From NCBI GenBank assembly GCA_963733035.1, contig CAVTBU010000007.1, positions 288,001 to 352,000 of the forward strand: a stretch of 64,000 nucleotides of DNA. Reading direction: 5' to 3'. Every line of letters starts with the position of its first letter. The first letter of the stretch is position 1. This document shows positions 10,374 through 22,959 of this stretch, one piece after another. Made by a program: the position numbers and the translations under genes. The notes under the pieces are model-generated. The model was not told the DNA's origin, did no database searches, and was given only the letters and a program-made list of their open reading frames with translations. This DNA comes from Pirellulales bacterium. GTDB lineage: Bacteria; Planctomycetota; Planctomycetia; Pirellulales; PALSA-1355.

Positions 10374-13253
10374 ATGAGGACTACCGGTTTGCGATTTCCT
10401 GCCTGGCTGCTGCTGATCGTCTTTTTGGCGTGCCCGTCGTTGGTTCGCGCCCAGGAAGTTCCCGCTGGCGATCCTGCTGCTGAAGAAACGGACAATAGCG
10501 ATCTATTCGACCGACACGTGGCTCCGCTTTTGGTGCGGCATTGTGTCAGTTGCCACAACCCTAGCGAAGCCTCCGGTGGACTGGATTTGACGTCCCGCGA
10601 CAAGGTGCTGGCCGGCGGCGATAGTGGAGCGGCGGCCATTACGCCGGGAGACCTGGACGCGAGTTATCTGCTCGAGAGGATTCGAGCCGGCGAAATGCCA
10701 CCCGAAGGAAAAGCAGCGCCAGTGCCGGCCGATGCGGTGGCTCGCCTGGAAGCTTGGATTAAAGCCGACGCCACATGGCCCGACACGCGCCAGCTCAGCG
10801 CGTTCGAATTCACGACCGATGCGCGGGCTGGCCGTGATTGGTGGTCGCTCGAGGTACCCCGGCAACCGGCAATTCCCAGCGTGAAGCAAGACGGCTGGGT
10901 GCGAACGCCTGTCGACTCGTTCGTCCTCGCGCGGCTGGAAGCAGCGCAACTGGAGCCGGCCCCCGAAGCGGATCGGGCCACGTTCATTCGCCGCGCCATG
11001 CTCGACCTGCATGGGTTGCCGCCAACACCTGAGGAGATTGCGGCCTTCGTGGCCGACACCTCGCCGGACGCGTACGAGCAACTCGTCGATCGGCTGTTGG
11101 CGTCTCCCCGATACGGTGAGCGTTGGGCTCGACATTGGCTCGACATCGTGCGCTTTGGCGAGAGCGACGGCTACGAGAAGAACTTGCCGCGGCCAAACGC
11201 CTGGCCTTATCGCGACTGGGTAATCGCAGCATTTAACGACGACCTGGCTTATCCCGAATTCATTTTCCGCCAGTTGGCTGGCGACCAGGTTGAAGACGAC
11301 GCCGCAACCGGTTACCTCGTCGGGGGAACGCATGACGAGGTGGCCAGCCCCGACCCGGAATTGACGCTCAATCAACGAGCCAATGATCTCAACGACATGC
11401 TGTCGACGACGACCACGGCTTTCCTGGGTCTGACGGCCGGGTGCGCAAAATGTCACGATCACAAGTTCGACCCGATCGCGCAGCGCGACTATTACTCCCT
11501 GCAGGCGATCTTCGCCGGCGTGCAACACGGCACGCGCGAGCTGCGCACCGAAGATTCTGAACAGCGCCGGCAAAGGGCGGCCAAGCTTCGTGAACAACTC
11601 GATCGTCTGGAGCAAGAAGCGAACGACCTGACGGCGCGATACCAGCCGCTGGCCCATGTGGACGGAGCAAAAGAAGGCACGCTGCGCGCGGCCGTGAATG
11701 TGCGGCTAAACGTCGATCGCTTCGAGCCGGTCTCCGCGCGGTTCGTGCGTTTTACCGTGCTTGAGACAAGCAACGTCGAACCGTGCATTGACGAGTTCGA
11801 GATCTTCACCGGTGAAGACAACCCGCGGAATGTGGCCTTGGCCAGCCTGGGCGCAAAGGCCACGGCGTCCAGCGTATACGCCGGGGGCACCAGCAAAATC
11901 CATCGCCTGGAGCACCTCAACGACGCGCAGTACGGTAATTCCCACAGCTGGATTTCCGCCGAGACTGGCGGCGGCTGGGTGCAGATCGAGCTACCCCAGC
12001 CAGCACTCATTGAACGAGTCGAGTGGGCACGCGACCGCGAAGGGAAGTTCGCCGACCGTTTGGCAACGAAATACCGCATCGACGTCAGCGACTCGGGCGA
12101 CGACTGGCGGCCGGTCGCGACCGCCGATGATCGGCAACCATACGATCCCCAGGCCAAGCGGCAACCGCCGCTACGATCGAGCGGCCTGCCGCCGGAAATC
12201 GGCGAGCGGGTTGAACAACTCGAACAACAGGCGGCTGTGTTGCGCAAGCAGCTTGAAGCCCTCTCGCCCACGATGGCGTATCTCGGCACATTCAAGCAGC
12301 CGGAAGTCACCAGGATTTACTATCGCGGCGACCCCATGCAACAGCGCGACGAGGTTCCGCCGGCCGCGATTGCGGCTGTCGGCGACCCGCTCGTCTTGCC
12401 GCCTGACACGCCGGAAGCCAAGCGGCGGATCGCGCTGGCCAAATGGATCGGCAGCCGGTCGAACCCGTTGACCGCGCGGGTCATGGTGAACCGCATCTGG
12501 CATTACCACTTCGGCCAGGGGTTGGTGAAAACGCCAAGCGATTTCGGCTTTAACGGTGGACGGCCGTCGCATCCCGAGTTGCTCGACTACCTGGCCACCG
12601 AATTCATGGAGCGAGGCTGGCATCCAAAGCAAATTCACCGATTGATCATGCTCTCGAACACGTATCGACAAGCGAGTCAATTCAACGCCGACGCGGCGGC
12701 TCAGGACGCCGATTGCCGTCTGCTGTGGCGTTTTCCCCCGCGGCGGCTCGAAGCCGAGCCGATTCGCGACAGTATTCTTAGTACCAGCGGAGTCCTCAAC
12801 CTGACAATGGGAGGTCCCGGCTACAGCCCCTTCGCGCCGAACGACAACTACGTGCGGGTTTACGCGCCAAAAGAGGAATTCGGATCCGCTGATTGGCGGC
12901 GGATGGTCTTTCAAGAGAAGCCGCGCTCACGCCAGGACGGCACGTTCGGAGAATTCGATTGCCCCGACGCCACGCAGGTCGTCGGTCGTCGGAATGTCTC
13001 GACAACGGCGCTGCAAGCACTCAACCTGCTGAATGCCTCTTTCATGATGCAACAGGCCGAACTCTTCTCCCAGCGGCTGGAGCGCGAAGCCAAGACACCT
13101 GCCGACCAGGTCCGCCGAGCCTTCTGGCTGGCCTTTGGCCGCGAGCCCGATAACGATGAACTCAAGGCTGCTGAATCTCTAGTCCACGATCAGGGACTGA
13201 TGATCTTCTGCCGCGCGCTCTACAACAGCAACGAGTTTTTGTACGTGAACTAG
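10374..13253 (+). CDS. Planctomycete cytochrome c / DUF1549 / DUF1553 (PSD1) protein with inserted discoidin-like domain
   Basis: Signal peptide; CVSCH; SPRYGERWARHWLDIVR; CAKCHDHKFDPI; NPLTARVMVNRIWHYHFG; PSHPELLDYLA; F5/8C-like segment NVALASLGAKATASS...WVQIEL. Confidence 0.92.
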   Translation: MRTTGLRFPAWLLLIVFLACPSLVRAQEVPAGDPAAEETDNSDLFDRHVAPLLVRHCVSCHNPSEASGGLDLTSRDKVLAGGDSGAAAITPGDLDASYLLERIRAGEMPPEGKAAPVPADAVARLEAWIKADATWPDTRQLSAFEFTTDARAGRDWWSLEVPRQPAIPSVKQDGWVRTPVDSFVLARLEAAQLEPAPEADRATFIRRAMLDLHGLPPTPEEIAAFVADTSPDAYEQLVDRLLASPRYGERWARHWLDIVRFGESDGYEKNLPRPNAWPYRDWVIAAFNDDLAYPEFIFRQLAGDQVEDDAATGYLVGGTHDEVASPDPELTLNQRANDLNDMLSTTTTAFLGLTAGCAKCHDHKFDPIAQRDYYSLQAIFAGVQHGTRELRTEDSEQRRQRAAKLREQLDRLEQEANDLTARYQPLAHVDGAKEGTLRAAVNVRLNVDRFEPVSARFVRFTVLETSNVEPCIDEFEIFTGEDNPRNVALASLGAKATASSVYAGGTSKIHRLEHLNDAQYGNSHSWISAETGGGWVQIELPQPALIERVEWARDREGKFADRLATKYRIDVSDSGDDWRPVATADDRQPYDPQAKRQPPLRSSGLPPEIGERVEQLEQQAAVLRKQLEALSPTMAYLGTFKQPEVTRIYYRGDPMQQRDEVPPAAIAAVGDPLVLPPDTPEAKRRIALAKWIGSRSNPLTARVMVNRIWHYHFGQGLVKTPSDFGFNGGRPSHPELLDYLATEFMERGWHPKQIHRLIMLSNTYRQASQFNADAAAQDADCRLLWRFPPRRLEAEPIRDSILSTSGVLNLTMGGPGYSPFAPNDNYVRVYAPKEEFGSADWRRMVFQEKPRSRQDGTFGEFDCPDATQVVGRRNVSTTALQALNLLNASFMMQQAELFSQRLEREAKTPADQVRRAFWLAFGREPDNDELKAAESLVHDQGLMIFCRALYNSNEFLYVN

Positions 13254-13285
13254 CTTCGCCGTCGTCCATCAGTGGAAAGTCAAAT

Positions 13286-14783
13286 ATGCCCTCTCGCGAT
13301 GTTCACGATCCTGTGCTTTCCCACGCTGGTCGGCGACTCTTGGATCGACGAGGGTTTTTGACGCATGCGGCAGGTGGGTTGAGCGGGATTGCGCTGGCGA
13401 GCTTGCTCTCGCGTGAAGGGTTGCTGCTGGGCAACGAACTGGGACCGATCCGCCCGAGCATCGTTCCCGACGCGCCCCTGGCAGCGCGGCAGCCGCATTT
13501 TCCGGCCAAAGCCAAGCGCGTGCTCATGATCTTCTGTTCGGGCGCGTGCAGCCATCTGGATACGTGGGACTACAAGCCCGAACTCATCAAGCGGCACGAC
13601 ACGCCGATGCCGGGGCTCGACAACCTGGTCACGTTCCAGGGGAAGAACGGCAATCTGATCAAGAGTCCTTGGGAGTTCAAGCCGCGCGGTGAGAGCGGCA
13701 AGTACGTTTCCGATCTGCTGCCGAACCTGGCCGAGCTGGCCGACGACATGTGCTTCATCCACTCGATGACGTCGAAGACCAATACGCACGGACCGGGCGA
13801 GAATTTCATGAGCACCGGCTTCACGCTTGAAGGCTATCCGAGCGCCGGAGCCTGGGTGACCTATGCCCTGGGGAGCGAGTGCGACAACTTGCCAGCGTTC
13901 GTGGCGATTCCTGATCCGCGCGGGATTCCGCAAGTGGGGCCGAACAACTGGTCGAGCGGCTTTTTGCCAGCCGTGTTCCAGGGAACGTCGTTCAACACGC
14001 AACAGCCCATCTCGAACCTGTCCACACCCAGCCAGGTTAGCCCCCGGGCCCAAACCGCCACGCGCGACTTTTTGAAGCTACTTAACGACAAGCACCTGGA
14101 ACGAAATCCCGGTGACACGGAGCTTACGCGCGGATCGCCAGCTACGAACTGGCCGCCAAACTGCAGCTCAGCGCCCGGAAGTTTCGGACCTCTCGCGCGA
14201 GACAGCGGCCACGCACGAAGCCTATGGCACTGAAGATGCCAACAAGATCAAGGCCGGCTTCGCCCGCAATTGCCTGCTCGCCCGGCGCCTGCTCGAGCGG
14301 GGCGTCCGTTTCGTCCAGTTGTTCAACGGCGCCTACGCGATGGGTGAGGGAGTCGGCAACTGGGATGGCCACAAGGCGATCAAGGATCAGTATTCGGTGC
14401 ATGCCCCGATCCTCGATCAGCCCGCCGCGGCGTTGCTCAAGGACCTGAAGGCCCGCGGCATGCTCGACGATACGCTGGTTGTGTGGTGTACCGAGTTCGG
14501 CCGGATGCCAACCTTCCAAGCAGGTGCGAAGGGCCGCGATCACAATCCCAAGGGGTTTACCGTGTGGTTGGCCGGGGCCGGCGTCAAGCGGGCCACCAGC
14601 TATGGCGCCACGGACGAATTCGGTTACCAGGCCGTGGAAAACTCGAGCAGCGTCTATGAACTGCACGCTACGATCCTGCATCTGCTCGGGCTCGATCACC
14701 ACCGCCTCAGCTACTTCCACAACGGCGCCGAACAACGCCTGACGTTCGTGCACGGCCGGGTGATTGAGGACGTGTTGGCTTAG
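13286..14783 (+). CDS. DUF1501 family protein, split by two 1-nt deletions
   Basis: Tat-like [41 protein letters not shown]. Restoring single bases at ~14127 and ~14176 gives the continuous [25 protein letters not shown]. Confidence 0.88.
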
Positions 14784-14849
14784 CCCCCACCGGTCGTCCG
14801 TTCGGGCAAACGAGCCTGGGTCACGCCGCACGTCGCTGGTGTTTGCGGC

Positions 14850-15399
14850 CAGTCGCACGACCTGATGGCCTTCGTCGCCCAGTTGCCGACGCCCCGTCAA
14901 ATCCTGCCTGAAGACCGCCAGCAGGCCAGGCAGATCGAGCACGGTGAAGAGCTATTCAACCGTGTTGGTTGTGCCGTTTGCCATCGCCGAACGCTCGCCC
15001 ACGTTGTCGGACTGTACAGCGACCTGCTGGTCCACGACATGGGCGAGCAGTTGGCCGACCCGTCGCCGGCGCCGGCCGGTTCGACCGCGGTACGGCCGCG
15101 GCGAACGGCGGGCGGGGCCTACGGCGTCAGCCTAGCGCAAGTCAGGACTGCCAGCGCACCGCTGTCTCTTGACGAGCGAAAACGCGAATGGAAGACACTG
15201 CCGCTGTGGGGAGTGCGCGATTCCGGGCCCTATTTTCACGATGGCCCGCGCCGAGACGATTGACGAAGCGATTTCCTACCATGGCGGCGAAGCGGCCGGA
15301 TCAGTGCAACTCTTTCAGGCATTGCCGGCGCAAGAACAATCCACCGTGCTGGACTTTCTGAAAACACTTGCCGCGCCAAACCCCGCGAACCTTCGCTAG
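14850..15399 (+). pseudogene. C-terminal fragment of a di-heme oxidoreductase (DHOR-like) protein
   Basis: GEELFNRVGCAVCH, YSDLLVHDMG, WKTLPLWGVRDSGPYFHDG; after removing an extra C at 15245-15247 it reads RAETIDEAISYHGGEA. No signal peptide or N-terminal half. Confidence 0.65.
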
Positions 15400-15433
15400 C
15401 CAGCGGCGGAGTTCTCAGTTCGTTCGCCGTCGT

Positions 15434-16531
15434 CTACTGCGTATATCCCTTTGCCGGCGAGTTGCTGCCGTCGGGGGACATGTACGGATTGGCTTGCGAG
15501 TAGGCCGAGGCCGGGTTGCTGTAGCGATCGGCGACGGCCGTGGGGGTTCTCGTTTCGGGAATGTAGTCGGTCGTGCCGCCTGGTCGGTAATAGGGATCCT
15601 TTCGCTGCGCGACGACATTTGGCTCGGCCGGCATTTCGTATTGTGGCACGCCTGGCGGCGAGTAACCCGTGTCGCCCGGAGCATAGTCCGTGCTGCCGGG
15701 CTGATAGCCGCCGGCCGGTGGCGCATCGGCCATGGCGTCAGCCGGCGCTGCCGATGGCGGAGCGGGGGCACCGTACGGATCGGCCGATTGCTGCGCGCCA
15801 TAATGGTCGGCGGCCGCTTGCTCGGTTTGAGCGGGCGACGCATAGGGATTCGCTGTCGCCGCGGCCTGCGGAACCGCGCCATAAGGGTTGCCTGGCGGCG
15901 CGGCCGCCGCGGTGGCGCCGTAATGATCAGGGGGCATCGCGTCATAGCCGGGCGCGGCCCCGCCGGCATACGGGTTAGCCCCGGCTGGGGCACCATAGGG
16001 ATTTGCGGCGGCGGTTGCACCGTAAGGATTGGCCGCTACGGTTCCGCCGTAGGGGTTCGCCGCCGTTTGCGATGCCGCTTGATACGCGTCGGGGGCCCCT
16101 GTCGTTGGATAACCGGTGGCTGGCGCGGCCGCGGGTGGTTGTCCGTAGGCGTCGGAATAAGCCCCTTGTTGCGGCGCCCCGACCATCGCGGCCGGATCCG
16201 CACCAGCGGCTGGCGGGTTGTTGTAGCCCGCTGTTGCACCCGGGTAGGGGGTTCCGTCGAGCGAACCGGTGGCCGCGGGTGCCGCAAAGGCCAACGCGCC
16301 CGCTTGTGTGGCGGCGCCCGCGGGTGCTCCGGCCGTCGAGGCGTAGGTGCTCGACGCATAGTCGACCGTGGGGCTGGCTGTGGCCGAGGGCAATTGCGGA
16401 TCGGCCGTCTTGGCCAATGCGGCGCTTGACTTCTTGCGGTTCCAACTCCAGCCCGAACTGCCGCTGCGACAGCCGGCAAGAGCCAACACCGTAACAAGTA
16501 CGATCGCGGTTTGGGCGGGCATCGCTCGCAT
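15434..16531 (-). CDS. Lipoprotein with Ala/Pro/Gly/Tyr-rich low-complexity region and NPY repeats
   Basis: Lipobox VLALAG-C; seven NPY motifs; YQPGSTDY/YRPGGTTDY duplicated near the C-terminus. Confidence 0.8.
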   Translation of the reverse strand: MRAMPAQTAIVLVTVLALAGCRSGSSGWSWNRKKSSAALAKTADPQLPSATASPTVDYASSTYASTAGAPAGAATQAGALAFAAPAATGSLDGTPYPGATAGYNNPPAAGADPAAMVGAPQQGAYSDAYGQPPAAAPATGYPTTGAPDAYQAASQTAANPYGGTVAANPYGATAAANPYGAPAGANPYAGGAAPGYDAMPPDHYGATAAAAPPGNPYGAVPQAAATANPYASPAQTEQAAADHYGAQQSADPYGAPAPPSAAPADAMADAPPAGGYQPGSTDYAPGDTGYSPPGVPQYEMPAEPNVVAQRKDPYYRPGGTTDYIPETRTPTAVADRYSNPASAYSQANPYMSPDGSNSPAKGYTQ

Positions 16532-16584
16532 GACGCACTGGTCCCTTTTCGGTGAACGCGAGAAGGGATCGCACCGAGGCTCGC

Positions 16585-16631
16585 GCGACTTCCCTGTCGC
16601 ATGGCCCTAGGCGGTCCTCTTCCCTGAGGAC
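16585..16631 (-). promoter_or_regulatory. Two CsrA/RsmA-type GGA hairpins in the 5' leader
   Basis: mRNA-sense GUCCUC-AGGGAA-GAGGAC (16631-16614) and GCGAC-AGGGAA-GUCGC (16600-16585); both match (A/U)CANGGANG(U/A). Confidence 0.65.
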
Positions 16632-16821
16632 GTGTGATTTGATTGGTGAAGTGTCGAAAGCGACCGCCAGAAACTTCCGTCCACCGCACATCTGGTTGGG
16701 GCAAGCTGCCTCGACCTTTGTCGATATTCGAAATCTAACGGCCCGCGTCGCGACCCGGATTCAAAAAGTTCACCGGGTCGCAGGTTTCCTGGTTGAGCTT
16801 TCGGCCCCACGCAGGGCGGGG

Positions 16822-16849
16822 ATTATAGGAAACGCCTCTAGCCGGTCAA
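16822..16849 (-). promoter_or_regulatory. Putative sigma70 promoter of the lipoprotein gene / long leader
   Basis: Minus strand TTGACC-N16-TATAAT, ~290 nt upstream of the ATG at 16531. Confidence 0.65.
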
Positions 16850-16949
16850 CGCCAAAAGCTCGGCCCGCGCGGTGCCATCGGACGAGAGTACGCGCGCGAG
16901 CCCAAATCTTGTGGCGCCAATTGGCTGGCTGCCAGCATCGCCAGCAGGC

Positions 16950-17558
16950 TTATTTCGTGGCTGCGTCGTAGAGTTTGCCAACGGCGTCCCAATCGATCAC
17001 GTTGAAAAACGCGGCGACGTAGTCGGGACGGCGGTTCTGGTAGTGCAAGTAGTACGCGTGCTCCCAGACGTCAATTCCCAGGATCGGCACGGCGCCGGCC
17101 ATGAGCGGATTGTCTTGGTTCGGCGTGCTTTCGACGACGAGTTTCTTATCCTTGACCGTCAGCCAGGCCCAACCGCTGCCAAAGCGGCCGGCCGCGGCGG
17201 CGCTAAAGTCGGCCTTGAACTTGTCGAAGCCTCCCAGTTCCTTCTCGATCGCTTCAGCCAACTTGCCGCTCGGCTTACCGCCCTTGCCAGGACCCATCGT
17301 GGTCCAGAACAACGAGTGGTTGTAATGCCCGCCGCCGTTGTTGCGCACCGCCGTACGGATCTTCTCGGGCACCTGGTCGATTTTGCGGCAGAGTTCGTCG
17401 ACCGGCAGCTTGTCCCATTCGGTCCCTTCGATGGCCTTGTTCACGTTGTTGACGTAGGCCTGATGGTGTTTGTCGTGATGGATTTCCATCGTGCGCGCAT
17501 CAATGTGGGGCTCGAGAGCATTGTTCGGGTAGGGCAGCGCCGGAAGTTCGTAAGGCAT
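16950..17558 (-). CDS. sodA: Superoxide dismutase, probably Mn type
   Basis: [40 protein letters not shown]; the GGG-H and Q residues favour Mn; AGGAG SD. Confidence 0.95.
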   Translation of the reverse strand: MPYELPALPYPNNALEPHIDARTMEIHHDKHHQAYVNNVNKAIEGTEWDKLPVDELCRKIDQVPEKIRTAVRNNGGGHYNHSLFWTTMGPGKGGKPSGKLAEAIEKELGGFDKFKADFSAAAAGRFGSGWAWLTVKDKKLVVESTPNQDNPLMAGAVPILGIDVWEHAYYLHYQNRRPDYVAAFFNVIDWDAVGKLYDAATK

Positions 17559-17668
17559 CGTCTATCTCCTCCTGTTGCGGTGTGGTCGCCGTTTATCGCG
17601 TGCAAAATCAGTGCCGCGCCTGGCCGAAACTTGAAACATCGGTGCATTTGTCCGCGGCAAGACCGCGC

Positions 17669-17697
17669 AGCATACCCGATTCACCGCAAACTGACAA
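17669..17697 (-). promoter_or_regulatory. Putative sigma70 promoter of sodA
   Basis: Minus strand TTGTCA-N17-TATGCT. Confidence 0.55.
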
Positions 17698-17791
17698 TCG
17701 TTGAGCACATGCCGACACCATCGGCGGTCGGTTGTTGCCGTCAGCGATCCCGAAACGTCGCGTGGCGAGCATGCCGAATGCGCGGCAACTT

Positions 17792-19949
<2,158 letters not shown>

Positions 19950-20418
19950 CTGATTGCTCCGTTCTCTGCGAAGAACTTCCGCTACGGCATGGAGCCGAAG
20001 AGGTCGCGAATGGCTGCTCGGATAAGAATGTAATGCAGCCCCGCTGCATCCAGTCACCGGCGATCGACCTCGCCGATCACCCGGACTCTTCCGGTGACGA
20101 GGTTGCGGCAAACATTCAAGAGCATCGTTAGTAAACTTAGGTCGGATTTTCGGTTGCGTCAAAACCCCGTCTCCGCGCAGTCGACTGGGAAGATTTTGTC
20201 GGTTGTGCGGCCGTTCCGACGATCGGCTAGAGCGCGCGCATCGCCGCTTGTCCTTCGGCCACTCGATTGCACGGCTTCGGGTGGAGACGCCCGGCCGCGG
20301 TTGCCGAATTCGATAGAGTCGAAACTTTCCCCGCCGACCTTGCCCTCAAGCCTTCCCACCCGCTGGCACGCTTCGCACGCGTAGATGTGCCTAAGAGTGA
20401 GCCGCGATTTGACGCTCT

Positions 20419-21522
20419 ATGTCCTTGCGCCCTGAACGACGAAGACGCCTGCTCACCGACGACGCCGAGATTGCCGGCGATTCGCCACCAATCCGATTGG
20501 CGGGGGGTGGTTCGAGCGATGTGGGAGAAACGGCGCAGGCCTATTCCAAGGCCGCCCACGAAGCACGTAAACGGCAAGTGCACACGCTGTTTCCGTTCTC
20601 GCGGTTGGCGATTGTGCTGTATATCGGCGCGTGCCTGATTGCCGTCGGGGGATGCTTGGGATTGCACGTCACGGCAGCTTCGCTGGCACCGCTACTGGGG
20701 GCAGAAGCCGTTGTTGCGTTGCGCCTCGAAGCGCCCGCTTCGTTGGGACGCTGGTTGGCGTCGACCCTGCTCGGCCTGACGGCCGCCACCGCCGTGTTCA
20801 TATACACGCTCCGGCGACATCGGTTGGACGATTATCACGGTCGCTACCGAGTGTGGATACTCGCGGCCGCGGTCTGCCTAACGCTCAGTCTGGCCGAAAG
20901 CACGAGGTTGCTGGAACTGGGTCGAGCCGTAGCGCGTTTGGCAACTGAGTGGGGACACCTGCGGTTTGAAATCGTCTGGCCGGCGGCCATTGGCCTGCTG
21001 GGAACGGCCCTGGGAATTCGACTAGCCCTGGAAATGCGTCGTTGCACGGCGGCGCTCATGATGTTGGGCATCGCGACGCTCGGATTTGCGACCGCGGCCG
21101 CGGTTTACTGGCAATGGCCGGTGGCGGTCGAACCTTCGGTGGCGCCGCTCTCAAGCCGCGGCAGCTGGCTCATCGGCTACGTATTCGTATTGGCGACCTT
21201 CGTTGTTTACGGACGCCAGATTCAATTGGACGTTGCCGGCGCGACGCTGTCTTCGGCCAAGAACAAACGCGAGAAGCCGGTCGCGGTGCCCAAGGAGATG
21301 GCCGTCAAGGAGACAGCACCGCGCAAACCGGCCTTGAAGCTGCGCACCGACCTCGATCCGGTGGATGTCACGCCGCTGGAAAAAGAGCCGATCAAGCCAA
21401 CCGAAACGAAACCAGGTCCCGCCATCAACGCAATCAGCGACTCCTCGTCTGGTCCGCCAAAACAGCGCCTCTCGCGGGCCGAACGCCGTCGCATGGCTCG
21501 CGAAACGCGCAAGGCCTCCTAG
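20419..21522 (+). CDS. Multi-pass membrane hypothetical protein
   Basis: About six hydrophobic segments; RRHRLDDYHGRYRVW motif; basic C-terminus LSRAERRRM. Confidence 0.75.
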   Translation: MSLRPERRRRLLTDDAEIAGDSPPIRLAGGGSSDVGETAQAYSKAAHEARKRQVHTLFPFSRLAIVLYIGACLIAVGGCLGLHVTAASLAPLLGAEAVVALRLEAPASLGRWLASTLLGLTAATAVFIYTLRRHRLDDYHGRYRVWILAAAVCLTLSLAESTRLLELGRAVARLATEWGHLRFEIVWPAAIGLLGTALGIRLALEMRRCTAALMMLGIATLGFATAAAVYWQWPVAVEPSVAPLSSRGSWLIGYVFVLATFVVYGRQIQLDVAGATLSSAKNKREKPVAVPKEMAVKETAPRKPALKLRTDLDPVDVTPLEKEPIKPTETKPGPAINAISDSSSGPPKQRLSRAERRRMARETRKAS

Positions 21523-21546
21523 GCCTCTCGTCGGGCGGCAGGCGGC

Positions 21547-22959
21547 TTAGCCCTTGATGAGTAAACGCGAAATGGCTCCCCGCGGAAGATCGCCAACAAT
21601 CAGCGTCTGTGACGTTCCAACTGACTTAAGAATATTCTCGGCAGCCAAATACCCGCTCCGTACCGCGCTCTCCATCGTCGCGGGCCAGCCGGTCGAGGTC
21701 CAGTCTCCCGCAACGAGTATGTCTGGCACGCCGGTTGTTTGTGCCGGCCTTACGCGGTCGAGACCAGGGCAAGTCGAAAAGACGGCGGCCCGATCCGTCA
21801 CAACGCGGGCATGCAGTCGTTTTGCCGCCGCCGCGGCAGGCCAAATGGCTCCCAATTCCCGGCAGACTTCGTCGATAATCTCCTCGCGGTCCCGGCCGGC
21901 CAGATCGCGCGATGCGCTGACGACAACTTGGTAATAGTGTCCACCAGCGCCGTCCGAATTGTTCGCCGAGCGATGAAACACCCATTGACTCAGCCGCCCC
22001 ACGAGCACGGCATGTTCGTGCGGCATGATGGGGCGATCGAACCAGAGGTGCACACCCGTGATCGGAGATGGCTCGATCGCATCGACGGCGGCGAGCCACG
22101 GCCAACGCTGGGCCAGGCTTGCGTCCACCAAGTCGCGCAGCCGAAACCACGGCACGGCCAGCACAACGTAGTCGGGCTGCATTTTCTCGCCACTAGCCAT
22201 TGCGATTTCTGGCCGGTCGTCGTAGCTCACGCGTCTGACCGCCCTGTTCAGATGCAGCTCGATCCCGTGCTCGGTCAGCCAGCGCTCGAGCGATGCGCCA
22301 TAGAGTTCGCCCAGCGGCACCCGCGGCACCTCGACGACGTAGGCCTCTCGTGACGCAAGGAACCCGTCGACAATCACTTTCCGCGCCGCGGCCAACGAGG
22401 CGCGGTCGAGCTCTTCGCCGAGCGCACTGACCAGGATCACGTTCCAATACAATTCGATCGCCCGTGGCGTCTGACCTTGCCGCTTGAGCCACGCGCCGAT
22501 TGTCGGCGAACCTTCGACGTCGTCGGCCCGCATTCGCATCAAATTCCACGTCGCTCTGCCGATTGCAAGTCGGTCGCGCACCGAGAGAAACTTCAGCCCC
22601 CAAAACGCCGGTGCCAAGTGGAATGGGGCCGGAAGCCAGCTCGCGTAAAATGGATAATCGTGCCCGTCGGGACCGATAAAGTGCAGTTGGCGATCGTGGC
22701 GAAATAGATCCGCGATTCCGACGCGGCGGCAAAAGTCAGCCAGGTTTGTGCAGCACCGCATACTGACGTGCTGACACTGATCAACGACTTCGTTCGTGTT
22801 GGAATCGCGAAACGAGCCGGCCCGACCGCCGAGCGCGCGTCGGGCTTCAAAAATCTGAACGCGGCAATTGCCGTCGGCCAGCGCCACGGCCGCTGCCATT
22901 CCGGCCAGCCCGCCGCCCACGATCGCGACGCTCGGTCGGCTTTCGCCGCCGGACATCAT
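21547..22959 (-). CDS. hpnE: Hydroxysqualene dehydroxylase
   Basis: IVGGGLAGM FAD motif, LGGRAGSF, DQCQHV, AGDWTSTGWPATMESAVRSG; downstream of hpnC and hpnD. Confidence 0.92.
   Translation of the reverse strand: MMSGGESRPSVAIVGGGLAGMAAAVALADGNCRVQIFEARRALGGRAGSFRDSNTNEVVDQCQHVSMRCCTNLADFCRRVGIADLFRHDRQLHFIGPDGHDYPFYASWLPAPFHLAPAFWGLKFLSVRDRLAIGRATWNLMRMRADDVEGSPTIGAWLKRQGQTPRAIELYWNVILVSALGEELDRASLAAARKVIVDGFLASREAYVVEVPRVPLGELYGASLERWLTEHGIELHLNRAVRRVSYDDRPEIAMASGEKMQPDYVVLAVPWFRLRDLVDASLAQRWPWLAAVDAIEPSPITGVHLWFDRPIMPHEHAVLVGRLSQWVFHRSANNSDGAGGHYYQVVVSASRDLAGRDREEIIDEVCRELGAIWPAAAAAKRLHARVVTDRAAVFSTCPGLDRVRPAQTTGVPDILVAGDWTSTGWPATMESAVRSGYLAAENILKSVGTSQTLIVGDLPRGAISRLLIKG

Noticed and set aside
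15960..16065. CRISPR-like or DNA-level tandem array
   Set aside because: The 27-nt period is a coding repeat with synonymous divergence; no spacers or cas genes.
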